A stretch of DNA of 38,415 bases, from positions 1 through 38,415 of the forward strand of contig JBDONT010000021.1 of the NCBI GenBank assembly GCA_039831155.1. The letters run 5' to 3'. Source of the stretch: Nautiliaceae bacterium. Lineage in GTDB: Bacteria > Campylobacterota > Campylobacteria > Campylobacterales > Nautiliaceae. Every line of letters starts with the position of its first letter. Within the stretch, counting starts at the first letter, position 1. Below the pieces are notes generated by a model that saw only the letters and a program-made list of their open reading frames with translations, had not been told where the DNA came from and ran no database searches. A program made the position numbers and the translations under genes. Shown piece by piece: positions 9,026 to 18,150 of this stretch.

Positions 9026-10005
9026 TAATTCCTATTCTAAATGAAGAAAAATATATTACAAAATGTCTTAGTTCAATAATTGAAAGTGATTTTGATAAAA
9101 ATGATATGGAAGTTTTACTAATTGATGGGGGAAGTGAAGATAAGACGATTGAAATTATAAAAGAGTATCAAAAAAAATATCCATTTTTTAAGCTTGTGAA
9201 TAATCCTAAAAAAATAGTGCCAGTTGCTATGAATATAGGAATAAAAGAAGCAAAAGGCGAATATATTATAAGAGTTGATGCTCATTCAAGCTATCCAAAA
9301 GATTATTTTTCTAAGCTTGTTTTTTGGCATAAAAAACTTAATGCCGATAATGTAGGTGGAGTTGTAATAACAGAAGTAAAAAATAAAACTTTAACTTCAA
9401 ATGCTATAAAAAATGTTTTAAGCGATAAATTAGGAGTTGGAAGTGCTTTTAGAAGTGGAGTTAGTGAAATTAAAGAAGTTGATACCGTGCCGTTTGGATG
9501 TTATAAAAAAGAAGTATTTGAAAAAATCGGGCTATATGATGAAAGGCTTGTTAGAAATCAGGATATTGAGCTAAATAAACGGTTAAAAAAATCAGGAGGT
9601 AAAATCTATCTTGTGCCGGAAATTAAATGCACATATTACGCAAGAGAGACTTTTAAAGATTTAGCAAAAAACAACTTTAATAATGGACTTTGGAATATTT
9701 TAACGGCTTTTTATACAGGGACTTTATCATCTCTATCTTTTCGCCATTTTGTACCGATGATGTTTGTTTTGAGTTTGATAGTTTTTGGTATAGGGGCGTT
9801 TTGTAGTGAAATAAGTAGGATTATTTTTTTTACAATTTTATTGTCATATTTAAGTATAATTTCAATTAGAAGTTTTCAGATTAAAAAAGATACTACCTTT
9901 TTTCATCAGCTTTTAGCGTTTTTGGTTTTGCATTTTAGTTATGGGATAGGCAGTATTGTTGGGATTTTTAAGATTATAAAGGAAAAATTAAATGAAAGAA
10001 AATAG
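9007..10005 (+). CDS. Glycosyltransferase family 2 (ExoA-like)
   Basis: ISIIIPILNEE, DGGSED, RVDAH, RNQDIELNKRL and C-terminal membrane helices. Confidence 0.9.
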   Translation: MPKISIIIPILNEEKYITKCLSSIIESDFDKNDMEVLLIDGGSEDKTIEIIKEYQKKYPFFKLVNNPKKIVPVAMNIGIKEAKGEYIIRVDAHSSYPKDYFSKLVFWHKKLNADNVGGVVITEVKNKTLTSNAIKNVLSDKLGVGSAFRSGVSEIKEVDTVPFGCYKKEVFEKIGLYDERLVRNQDIELNKRLKKSGGKIYLVPEIKCTYYARETFKDLAKNNFNNGLWNILTAFYTGTLSSLSFRHFVPMMFVLSLIVFGIGAFCSEISRIIFFTILLSYLSIISIRSFQIKKDTTFFHQLLAFLVLHFSYGIGSIVGIFKIIKEKLNERK

Positions 10006-12106
10006 ATTAACTTTAATTTACATAGCAATTGCTTATATGTTTGTGTTTTTGTTTCATTTGTATTGGGTGTATTGGGCTAGTCATATTCCTATGTTTTATT
10101 GGAACGGGCAGCTGATGATAAATAACGTAGACGGCTATTTCTACGGAAGTGGTGCCCAAAAACTTCTTTATCATATGCACGAGTATAATCCTAGACTTCA
10201 AGACGTATGGCGTTACGGTACTGCTGTAATAACTGCGTTTTTATCTAAGTTTTTTCATATTTCTATAGATACTCTTATGCTTTATTTGCCACCTGTTGTT
10301 AGTTCGTTGGTGGTGGTGCCTATTATTTTAATAGGGAAACTTTATAAAAAGCTGGAGTGGGGATTTTTATCAGCCCTTCTTGCCGGGATTGGATGGAGTT
10401 ATTATAATAGAACGCTTGCCGGATACTATGATACCGATATGTTTGCCGCAATGCTTCCTATGATGATACTCTATTTTCTTTTGTATTCTGTTAAAAACAA
10501 AAATTTTTTATTTACGTTTTTTGCCGGAATTACGGCAATTATTTATCCTTGGGCTTACGAGCAGGGTCTTTCTATCGTATATGCTATGGGTATTATGGCG
10601 TTTTTGTATCTTTTGTTGTTTAATTCTTTAAAAGATGAATTTACTTATAAGTTTATACTTCTTTTTTCTTTGGCATTGATAGATATTAATCCTTTTGTAA
10701 GGGCTCTTTTGGTAATAGGAGTTTTTTATTTTTTAAAAGAGAAAAAAGTTGAGTTAAAATATTTAAAAACAGTCTCTTTTTTTAGTTTTTTAATATTTTT
10801 GATTACCGGAAACGTATTTGGAATAGTACTTCATAAAATTTTGGCTTATTCTACTGCTACTACCACTTATGAGGGGCTTAAATTTTTAAATGTAAACGAA
10901 ACGGTAAGCGAAGCCGGTAAAATTCCGGCAACAATTGTTTTTAATAGAATTATAGGAAGTGGTATAGGAATTATTATAGCTGTTGTGGGGTATATTTTGC
11001 TTCTTAGAAAATATAAAGAGTTTATTATTGCCCTGCCTCTTTGGGGGATAGGATTTTTCGCATTTATCGGGGGGCTTAGATTTACCGTTTATGCAGTGCC
11101 TATTGCTGCTATGAGTGGAGTTTATTTTTTTGTGTGGCTTAGCGAATACGTAAAAAATAAGAAATTGATTTTAATAACCGGTACTCTTTTTTTACTTATT
11201 CCCAATATCACTCATATTATCGGATGTTGTGAAAAAAATAATTCAAAAATCTTTAGGTATTTAAGTAGTGTTTATCCTATAAAAAGTTATCCTTATTTGG
11301 TTGAAACGACCTTTAGAAAACCGGAAGTTGCCGTCTTAAACGAGCTTAAGCATAAATCAAACCCTAAAGATTACGTAATTACCTGGTGGGATTACGGGTA
11401 TCCGATTTGGTATTATGCAAATGTCAATACCTTAATTGACGGTGGTAAGCATAATGAAGATAATTTTTTGGTTTCTAAAATTTTACTCTCTTCAAATCCT
11501 TATTTGGTAAGAAATTTATCGTTACTTTCTATAAAAACATACGTTGATACCAATAAAACCGTAGCAACGCAGCTATTTTTTAAAGATAAAAAACCGGTTG
11601 ATGTTTCTATGTATCTTTTAAAGGTCGGTTCAAAATCCTTTAAAACCCCTAAAGTCGATAGAGAAGTTTATTTGATGTTTCCTTTTAGAATGATGAGAAT
11701 TATTTCTACCATTTCGGCTTTTAGCAACAGAAATATAAATACGGGTGAGCTTTATAAACCTCATATTTTCTTAAAAGACAGAATCTCTCAAAAAGGCAGA
11801 TATATTTTAGTAGGAAATGTTGTTATTGATTTGGAAAAAAGGCTTATTAATAATTCAGTGCCTTTAAAGAGTATTGATATCGTAGCTTACAATAATCAAG
11901 GAAAACTTCTTAAAAAACATATTTCTTTGAATAAAGAAGGGTTGAGGTTAATTATTTTGCAAAACTTTAAAGAGGGGATTATTTTGGATGATTATTATTA
12001 TGATTCCGCTTTTATTCAAATGTTTGTATTTGAAAATTACGATAAAAACCTCTTTGAGCCGGTGATTTTAAATCCTTTAATGAAAATTTACAAAATAAAA
12101 CAATGA
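9992..12106 (+). CDS. pglB: STT3-family undecaprenyl-PP-oligosaccharide--protein N-oligosaccharyltransferase
   Basis: All bacterial N-OTase motifs are visible: NVDGY, YYDTDM, NETVSE, FNRIIGS, GLRF, WWDYG, DGGKH and MMRI. The N-terminus is polytopic. Confidence 0.96.
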   Translation: MKENRLTLIYIAIAYMFVFLFHLYWVYWASHIPMFYWNGQLMINNVDGYFYGSGAQKLLYHMHEYNPRLQDVWRYGTAVITAFLSKFFHISIDTLMLYLPPVVSSLVVVPIILIGKLYKKLEWGFLSALLAGIGWSYYNRTLAGYYDTDMFAAMLPMMILYFLLYSVKNKNFLFTFFAGITAIIYPWAYEQGLSIVYAMGIMAFLYLLLFNSLKDEFTYKFILLFSLALIDINPFVRALLVIGVFYFLKEKKVELKYLKTVSFFSFLIFLITGNVFGIVLHKILAYSTATTTYEGLKFLNVNETVSEAGKIPATIVFNRIIGSGIGIIIAVVGYILLLRKYKEFIIALPLWGIGFFAFIGGLRFTVYAVPIAAMSGVYFFVWLSEYVKNKKLILITGTLFLLIPNITHIIGCCEKNNSKIFRYLSSVYPIKSYPYLVETTFRKPEVAVLNELKHKSNPKDYVITWWDYGYPIWYYANVNTLIDGGKHNEDNFLVSKILLSSNPYLVRNLSLLSIKTYVDTNKTVATQLFFKDKKPVDVSMYLLKVGSKSFKTPKVDREVYLMFPFRMMRIISTISAFSNRNINTGELYKPHIFLKDRISQKGRYILVGNVVIDLEKRLINNSVPLKSIDIVAYNNQGKLLKKHISLNKEGLRLIILQNFKEGIILDDYYYDSAFIQMFVFENYDKNLFEPVILNPLMKIYKIKQ

Positions 12107-12693
12107 GTAAAATTGATAAAATTATAAAAAGAGTTTTTGATTTTAGTTTGTCGTTAATTGGGCTTTTGTTAACTTGGCCAATTATTTTAATTGCTTGGAT
12201 TGTGGCAAGTATAGAGACAAAAAGTAATGGCTTTTTTTTGCAAAAAAGAGTTGGAGAAAATGGGAAATTATTTACCATTATTAAAATTAAAACAATGCAT
12301 AATAATAAAGGTTCAACTATTACAACGGCAAACGATAAAAGAATTACAAAGTCAGGCAAATTTTTTAGAAGATATAAAATTGACGAACTCCCCCAGCTTA
12401 TAAATGTACTTAAAGGTGATATGAGTTTTGTAGGTCCTCGTCCTGATGTACCAGGGTATGCCGATAAATTAAAAGGAGAAGATAGAATTATTCTATCAGT
12501 AAAACCAGGAATTACCGGTCCTGCCACATTAAAATATAAAAACGAAGAAGAGATCTTAGCAAAAGTCAATGACCCGATAAAATATAACGATGAAGTAATT
12601 TGGCCGGATAAAGTGAAAATAAATAAAGAGTATATTAAAAACTGGTCACTAAAAAAAGATATTGAATACATTTTAAAAACTATAAAGGGATAA
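12103..12693 (+). CDS. pglC: Monotopic phosphoglycosyltransferase (PglC-like priming sugar transferase)
   Basis: KRVFD, QKRVG, KIKTM and DELPQLINVLKGDMSFVGPRP. Confidence 0.88.
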   Translation: MSKIDKIIKRVFDFSLSLIGLLLTWPIILIAWIVASIETKSNGFFLQKRVGENGKLFTIIKIKTMHNNKGSTITTANDKRITKSGKFFRRYKIDELPQLINVLKGDMSFVGPRPDVPGYADKLKGEDRIILSVKPGITGPATLKYKNEEEILAKVNDPIKYNDEVIWPDKVKINKEYIKNWSLKKDIEYILKTIKG

Positions 12694-12694
12694 G

Positions 12695-13771
12695 ATGATT
12701 TACCTCTCTCCTCCTCATATGAGCGGTCGTGAGATTGAATATGTAAAAAAAGCATTTGAGAGTAACTATATTGCTCCTGTTGGGGAGTTTATTGATAGAT
12801 TTGAAGAGATGGTTAAAAGTTATGTAAAATCAAAGAGTGCTTTGGCTCTTTGTAATGCAACAAGCTCACTTCATTTAGCTCTTAGAGTGTTAGGAGTTAA
12901 AGGTTCAAAAGTAGTTGTGCCAACTTTTACTTTTATAGGTTCTGTTAATCCGATTTTATATGAAGGAAATGAGCCTATTTTTGTAGATAGTGATGAGTTT
13001 TGGCATATGGATTTGAATTTACTTGAAGAAACTTTAAAAAAAGAGAGACCAAAAGCGATAATTGCCGTTCATATTTACGGGCAAGTGGCTGATATTGAAA
13101 ATATTAAGTTTTTGGCTAATAAATATGGAGCTATTTTAATTGAAGATGCAGCAGAAGCTCTTGGGGCAAGGTATAAAGATAAGTTTGCCGGGACTTTTGG
13201 AGAGATTGGGGTTTATAGTTTTAACGGAAATAAGCTTCTTACAACCTCATCTGGTGGAATGATGGTAAGTGATAATGAAGATTTTATAAAAAAAGCCCGT
13301 CATCTCTCAACGCAGGCAAAAGAGGATGGATTTATTGAGTATGTTCATAAAGAAGTTGGATTTAATTATAGGATGAGTAATGTTTTAGCGGCTATTGGGG
13401 TTGGTCAGATGGAGGTTATTGATGAGAGGATAAAAAGAAAAAGGGAAATTTTTGAGATTTATAAGAGTGAGCTTAGCAATATAGCTAATTTTATGCCTGA
13501 ACTCTCAAACACTTTTGGCACAAGATGGCTAACAACCCTTACTTTTAAAGAGTTAAATCCGTTTGAAGTTATAAAAAAACTAAAAGATAATAATATAGAA
13601 AGCCGCCCTCTTTGGAAACCTATGCATACTCAGCCTCTTTTTAAAAACTCAAAAGCTTATTTAAATGACAAAAGTGAAGAACTCTTTAAAAAGGGGATTT
13701 GTCTTCCAAGTGGAACAAGTATGAGTGATGAGGATGTAAGGAGAGTTTGTGATGTTATCAAATCTGTTTAA
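12695..13771 (+). CDS. pglE: DegT/DnrJ-family PLP aminotransferase (UDP-4-keto-6-deoxy-GlcNAc aminotransferase)
   Basis: LSPPHMSG, EDAAEALG, SFNGNKLLTTSSGG, NYRMSN, RPLWKPMH and GICLPSG. Confidence 0.9.
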   Translation: MIYLSPPHMSGREIEYVKKAFESNYIAPVGEFIDRFEEMVKSYVKSKSALALCNATSSLHLALRVLGVKGSKVVVPTFTFIGSVNPILYEGNEPIFVDSDEFWHMDLNLLEETLKKERPKAIIAVHIYGQVADIENIKFLANKYGAILIEDAAEALGARYKDKFAGTFGEIGVYSFNGNKLLTTSSGGMMVSDNEDFIKKARHLSTQAKEDGFIEYVHKEVGFNYRMSNVLAAIGVGQMEVIDERIKRKREIFEIYKSELSNIANFMPELSNTFGTRWLTTLTFKELNPFEVIKKLKDNNIESRPLWKPMHTQPLFKNSKAYLNDKSEELFKKGICLPSGTSMSDEDVRRVCDVIKSV

Positions 13772-15482
13772 GCCTACAAAAACTAAAAGAGCTTTATTTT
13801 TTATTATAGGAGATATAATTATTTCTTTTTTTACTCTCTATTTTGCATACCTTCTTAGGTTTAATTTTGTTATTCCAAAGGAATATGTAGAGAGTTTTTT
13901 TAGGGTAGCCCCTTTTATTATAAGTTTTAAGATTTTTTGTTATTTTATTTTTAAACTCTATTTTGTTAGCTGGCGTTTTTTCTCTTTGATTGAGCTAAAA
14001 AGACTTTTTATTGCCACAACGCTTGCTTACGTTTCTTTTTTTGTGATTTTTTACATTTTTAAAGATTTTTTTATTCCACTTCCTAGAAGTGCGATTTTAA
14101 TTGATTACTTTTTATCAATTTTATTTATTGGATTTTTTAGGATATTAAAAAGACTTTTAATAAGAGATAATTTTGGAGAAAAAGAAGCGGTAATTATTGG
14201 AGCAAATGAAAAAGCAATGAGTGTTTTAAAACGCTCACCTTATCATATAGTAGCAGTTTATGATGATAGTGATTTAGTTGGAAGTTATATTTATGGAATG
14301 AAGATTTTACCGCTAAAAGAGATAAAAGCAAGCAGGGCTATTATTACAAAAGAGTTAAATCAAGAAGAGCTTAATAAGTTAGTTGATTTTTTAAAATCAA
14401 GAGGGGTTGAGGAGATAAAAGTTTATAATCCTTTTAAAGAAGAAGTTAAAGATATCTCAATTGAGGATTTGCTTGCTAGAAAGCCAAAGGATTTAGATAA
14501 AGAAGCGATTAAGAAGTTTGTAAAAGATAAAACTATTTTAATTACGGGAGCCGGGGGAAGTATAGGGAGTGAGATTTGTAGGATTTGTGAAAAATATGAA
14601 GCCAAAGAGCTTATTTTGGTGGAAAATAGTGAATTTAATCTTTATAAAATAAATGAAGAGCTTAATTTACCTAGAAGAAGATATTTGGTGGATGTTAGCA
14701 AAAGAGAAGATTTAAAAAAGGTTTTTGAGGAAAATGAAATTGATATAGTTATTCACGCAGCAGCTTATAAACACGTGCCTTTGTGTGAAGAAAATCCGAG
14801 AAGTGCTGTAATTAACAATATAATAGGCACTAAAAACTCTATAGATTTAGCCGTTGAATACGGAGTTAAAAACTTTATTTTAATTTCAACCGACAAAGCC
14901 GTAAGACCTACAAACGTAATGGGAGCCACAAAAAGGGTGTGTGAGCTGTATGCTCAAAACGTAGATTCCAAATGTACGAAAATCAGTGCCGTGAGATTTG
15001 GGAATGTGCTAGGAAGTAGCGGAAGTGTGGTGCCGAAATTTAAAGAGTGTATAAAAAACAACAAGCCTCTTCCAGTCACTCATCCGGAGATTACCAGGTA
15101 TTTTATGTTGATTCCGGAGGCTTGCGAGCTTGTTTTGCAAAGTGGGTCTTTGGCGAATCAGGGGGAGATTTTTATTTTGGATATGGGAGAGCCTGTAAAG
15201 ATAGTAGATTTAGCTAAAAAGATGTTAAAACTTTACGGAAAAGATGAAAATAATATTGTCTTTACGGGACTTAGACCTGGAGAAAAGCTTTATGAAGAGC
15301 TCTTAATAGACGATGCTGATAAAAAGACAAAGTATGAGTCTATTTTTGTGGGAAAAAGAGTTGAGTTTGATTTAAATAAATTGAATTTTCTTATTAAGAA
15401 ACTTTCAGAAGCTAAAGAAAAAAAAGAAATTGTAAAAATTTTGAAAGAGATTGTAGAAGAATATACTCCTTCTCCTTATTGA
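13752..15482 (+). CDS. pglF: Membrane-anchored UDP-GlcNAc 4,6-dehydratase
   Basis: Four N-terminal TM segments, then TGAGGSIGSE, HAAAYKHVP, STDKAV, VRFGNVLGSSGSV and GLRPGEKLYEEL. Confidence 0.93.
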   Translation: MLSNLFKPTKTKRALFFIIGDIIISFFTLYFAYLLRFNFVIPKEYVESFFRVAPFIISFKIFCYFIFKLYFVSWRFFSLIELKRLFIATTLAYVSFFVIFYIFKDFFIPLPRSAILIDYFLSILFIGFFRILKRLLIRDNFGEKEAVIIGANEKAMSVLKRSPYHIVAVYDDSDLVGSYIYGMKILPLKEIKASRAIITKELNQEELNKLVDFLKSRGVEEIKVYNPFKEEVKDISIEDLLARKPKDLDKEAIKKFVKDKTILITGAGGSIGSEICRICEKYEAKELILVENSEFNLYKINEELNLPRRRYLVDVSKREDLKKVFEENEIDIVIHAAAYKHVPLCEENPRSAVINNIIGTKNSIDLAVEYGVKNFILISTDKAVRPTNVMGATKRVCELYAQNVDSKCTKISAVRFGNVLGSSGSVVPKFKECIKNNKPLPVTHPEITRYFMLIPEACELVLQSGSLANQGEIFILDMGEPVKIVDLAKKMLKLYGKDENNIVFTGLRPGEKLYEELLIDDADKKTKYESIFVGKRVEFDLNKLNFLIKKLSEAKEKKEIVKILKEIVEEYTPSPY

Positions 15483-15507
15483 CATATCAATAACTTTTCG
15501 ATAAAAT
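15479..15507 (+). promoter_or_regulatory. Putative sigma70 promoter for the export operon
   Basis: TTGACA (15479-15484, overlapping the pglF stop), 17-nt spacer, TAAAAT (15502-15507). GAGG RBS precedes ATG 15527. Confidence 0.65.
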
Positions 15508-15526
15508 TTCTTAAAAAGAGGTAATA

Positions 15527-16648
15527 ATGAAAAAGAAAATTGCTCTTGTTTTGTTGATAGTACTGATTGTTGTAAGTGCTTTTGGACTATATAAATATAT
15601 AGTATTTACCAAAAATTACGCTTCAAGTAATGCTGTTTTTGTAAAATCCGATTCTTTGACTTTCCTTAGTTTTAAACTTCCAGGAAAAATAGAAGAAATT
15701 TATGTTAATGAGGGCGATGAGGTAAAAAAAGGCACTCTTTTAGCAAAGCTCGATACGAAAGAGTTGGAGCTTAAACAAAAGGCTTTAATAAACAATATAA
15801 ATTCGCTTGATGAAAAAATAAAAGCTACGATAATTCAAAAAAACAAACTTCAAGATGATATAAGAGATAATATTTCTTTGATTAATGAAAATATTGAAAA
15901 ACTAAAAAAAACAATAGAAGCTAAAAAACACGGTATAAAAGCTGAAGAATTTAAACTTGAAAAATTAAAAAGCGATTTTAATAGGTTTCAAAATTTATAT
16001 AAAAAAGGCAAAATTTCAAAAGAAAAATTTGAAAGTGTAAAAACCGCATATTTAGCACTTAGTGAAAAAATAAAAGCCGATAAAAAAATCCTCTCGTCTA
16101 TGCAAAATGATCTGAATATATTAAATATAAAGCTTAAAATGGCTAAAAATTCATTTAAAGATGTAGAAAGACTTGAAAAAGCGATTGCTTCTATGAAAGA
16201 GAGCAAAAAAGCTCTTTTAGAAAACCTGAAAGTGATAGAAAAAAGTATAAAAGATTCTTTTATTTATGCTCCTTTTGATGGGAAAATAGCTAAAAAATTC
16301 GCTTCTTCAAAAGAAGTGGTAGGGGCTGGTAAAAGAGTGCTTAGTATTGTAAATCCAAAAGATTTATATGTGCTTGATTTGCTTGAAGAGACAAAAATGA
16401 AAGGTATAGGAAAAGGGTGTGAAGTAAAAATCCATATAGACGCGCTTGATAAAGATTTTGAAGGATATGTTAGTAAAATACTTCCCGCAAGTGCCGCTAC
16501 TTTTGCACTTGTTCCAAGAGATATAAGCAGCGGTGAATTTACTAAGCTTGCTCAAAGATTTTATGTAAGAATCAAATTTAAAGAAGTGTCAAAAGGTGTG
16601 CTTGTCGGAATGAGCGGGGAGGTTGATATTAAAAGATGTCAAAAATAA
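15527..16648 (+). CDS. EmrA/HlyD-family membrane fusion protein
   Basis: N-terminal TM anchor, lipoyl half-motifs (GKIEEIYVNEGDEVKKG; IYAPFDG), coiled coil, and the EmrA-typical FALVPRDISSGEFTKLAQR. Confidence 0.92.
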   Translation: MKKKIALVLLIVLIVVSAFGLYKYIVFTKNYASSNAVFVKSDSLTFLSFKLPGKIEEIYVNEGDEVKKGTLLAKLDTKELELKQKALINNINSLDEKIKATIIQKNKLQDDIRDNISLINENIEKLKKTIEAKKHGIKAEEFKLEKLKSDFNRFQNLYKKGKISKEKFESVKTAYLALSEKIKADKKILSSMQNDLNILNIKLKMAKNSFKDVERLEKAIASMKESKKALLENLKVIEKSIKDSFIYAPFDGKIAKKFASSKEVVGAGKRVLSIVNPKDLYVLDLLEETKMKGIGKGCEVKIHIDALDKDFEGYVSKILPASAATFALVPRDISSGEFTKLAQRFYVRIKFKEVSKGVLVGMSGEVDIKRCQK

Positions 16649-18150
16649 TTTATTATAAAGGCGGAGAGCTTTTTATTTATGTTCTTTTGGTAACAGTGGG
16701 TGCTTTTATGGCTGTTTTGGATACTACGGTTGTGGATATTATAGTGCCGCGTCTAAAAGGACCTCTATCTACGGATATGTACGGTGTTCAGTGGGTGATT
16801 ACGGCTTATATGATAGCGGCGGCTGTGGGGCTTTTGGTGATTGAATGGCTTATAAAGCATTACGGCAATAAAATGATTTATGTCATAGGGGTAGGGGCTT
16901 TTACTCTAGCTTCTTTTGGATGCGGAATTTCCGATTCTTTGGTTGAGATTATAATTTACAGGATAATTCAGGGATTTGCCGAGGCACTTATAATGGTAAC
17001 GTCCCATGCTATGATTTTTTCGTTTTTTCCTCCTGAAAAAAGAGGGGTTGCAATGGGTGTTTTTGGTCTTGGAGTTGCTTTTGCTCCTGCTGTCGGACCT
17101 ACTGTGGGGGGATATTTGACTGAATGGTTTTCCTGGAGGGCAGTGTTTTTTGTAAATGTTCCAATAGGATTGGTTTTGGTGGTGTTTAGTGCTTTAATGC
17201 TTCCTGATAATTCAAAAAGAGAACCTTATCCTTTAAATATCATATCGGTTATATTTTTGAGTATCTTTACGATAGCTCTTTTAATACTTCTTAGCAAAGG
17301 TCAGCAATGCGGTTGGTTTAATTCTCCTTTTATAGTATTTTTGGCTTTTGTTTCGTGGTTTGGGCTTTTGTTTTTTGTTTTGAGTGAAATGCTTTCGAGA
17401 CATAAACTTTTTGATTACTCTTTGTTTAAGAACCCTTATTATTCTATAGGAATTTTAGTTTATTTTATTTTGCTTGGTTTTTCAATGTATCAGTATTTTT
17501 ATCTTATTCCTATTTATTATGAGCATTTAAAGGGGCTTAGTTCTATTCAATCGGGTCTTGGAGTGCTCGGATTTGGCATATGGATTGGAATATTCAGTAT
17601 GGTAGCCGGGGCTCTTAGTGATAAACTATCGCCCGTGCCTGTTCTTGTGACTGCTGCTTTGATTTATCTTTATTCGGCTTTTTTTCTTTTCCCAACGCTT
17701 AATTATTATACGCCTTTTTATGAGGCCGTGATTAAAACGATGCCTTTTGGGGTTGCTATGGGGCTGTTCTTTGCTCCTATTACCGTATTGGTTATGAATA
17801 ACGCAAACGGTAAAATAGAACAGGCCATTACCACAATGGATTATGTAAGATTTATAGGGGGTAGTTTTGGTACGGCGATTGCTACCAATAATTTAGTGTT
17901 TTATAAAAACAAAGAATTTGACGGAATGGTTACTTTACAAAATTATGAGCTTTTAGATGAGTTTTTGGAAAATTTAAAACAAACTTTTGGGATTGTTGCA
18001 AAAATTCTTTTTAGAAATGTTGAAGAGCTTATGAGCTTTAATTACGGCTTTAAATATGTATGGCTAAATGCCGCATTTTGGGGAGCGGTTGGGAGTATAT
18101 TTATTTTTATGCTTTTATTTATAAAAAGGAGAAAATATGAAAAAGTTTAG
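16636..18150 (+). CDS. DHA2 (EmrB/QacA) MFS efflux permease
   Basis: FMAVLDTTVV, WVITAY, RIIQG, APAVGPTVGGYLT and WRAVFFVNVPIG. Confidence 0.93.
   Translation: MSKIIYYKGGELFIYVLLVTVGAFMAVLDTTVVDIIVPRLKGPLSTDMYGVQWVITAYMIAAAVGLLVIEWLIKHYGNKMIYVIGVGAFTLASFGCGISDSLVEIIIYRIIQGFAEALIMVTSHAMIFSFFPPEKRGVAMGVFGLGVAFAPAVGPTVGGYLTEWFSWRAVFFVNVPIGLVLVVFSALMLPDNSKREPYPLNIISVIFLSIFTIALLILLSKGQQCGWFNSPFIVFLAFVSWFGLLFFVLSEMLSRHKLFDYSLFKNPYYSIGILVYFILLGFSMYQYFYLIPIYYEHLKGLSSIQSGLGVLGFGIWIGIFSMVAGALSDKLSPVPVLVTAALIYLYSAFFLFPTLNYYTPFYEAVIKTMPFGVAMGLFFAPITVLVMNNANGKIEQAITTMDYVRFIGGSFGTAIATNNLVFYKNKEFDGMVTLQNYELLDEFLENLKQTFGIVAKILFRNVEELMSFNYGFKYVWLNAAFWGAVGSIFIFMLLFIKRRKYEKV

Noticed and set aside
12012-12755. 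247-aa minus-strand ORF
   Set aside because: It is an antisense shadow of pglC and the pglB/pglE ends, with no recognisable motifs.
1-15482. Phase-variable homopolymeric G/C tracts in glycan genes
   Set aside because: The longest G runs seen are 5-6 nt, and A/T runs of about 8 are expected at this AT content. All ORFs are in frame.
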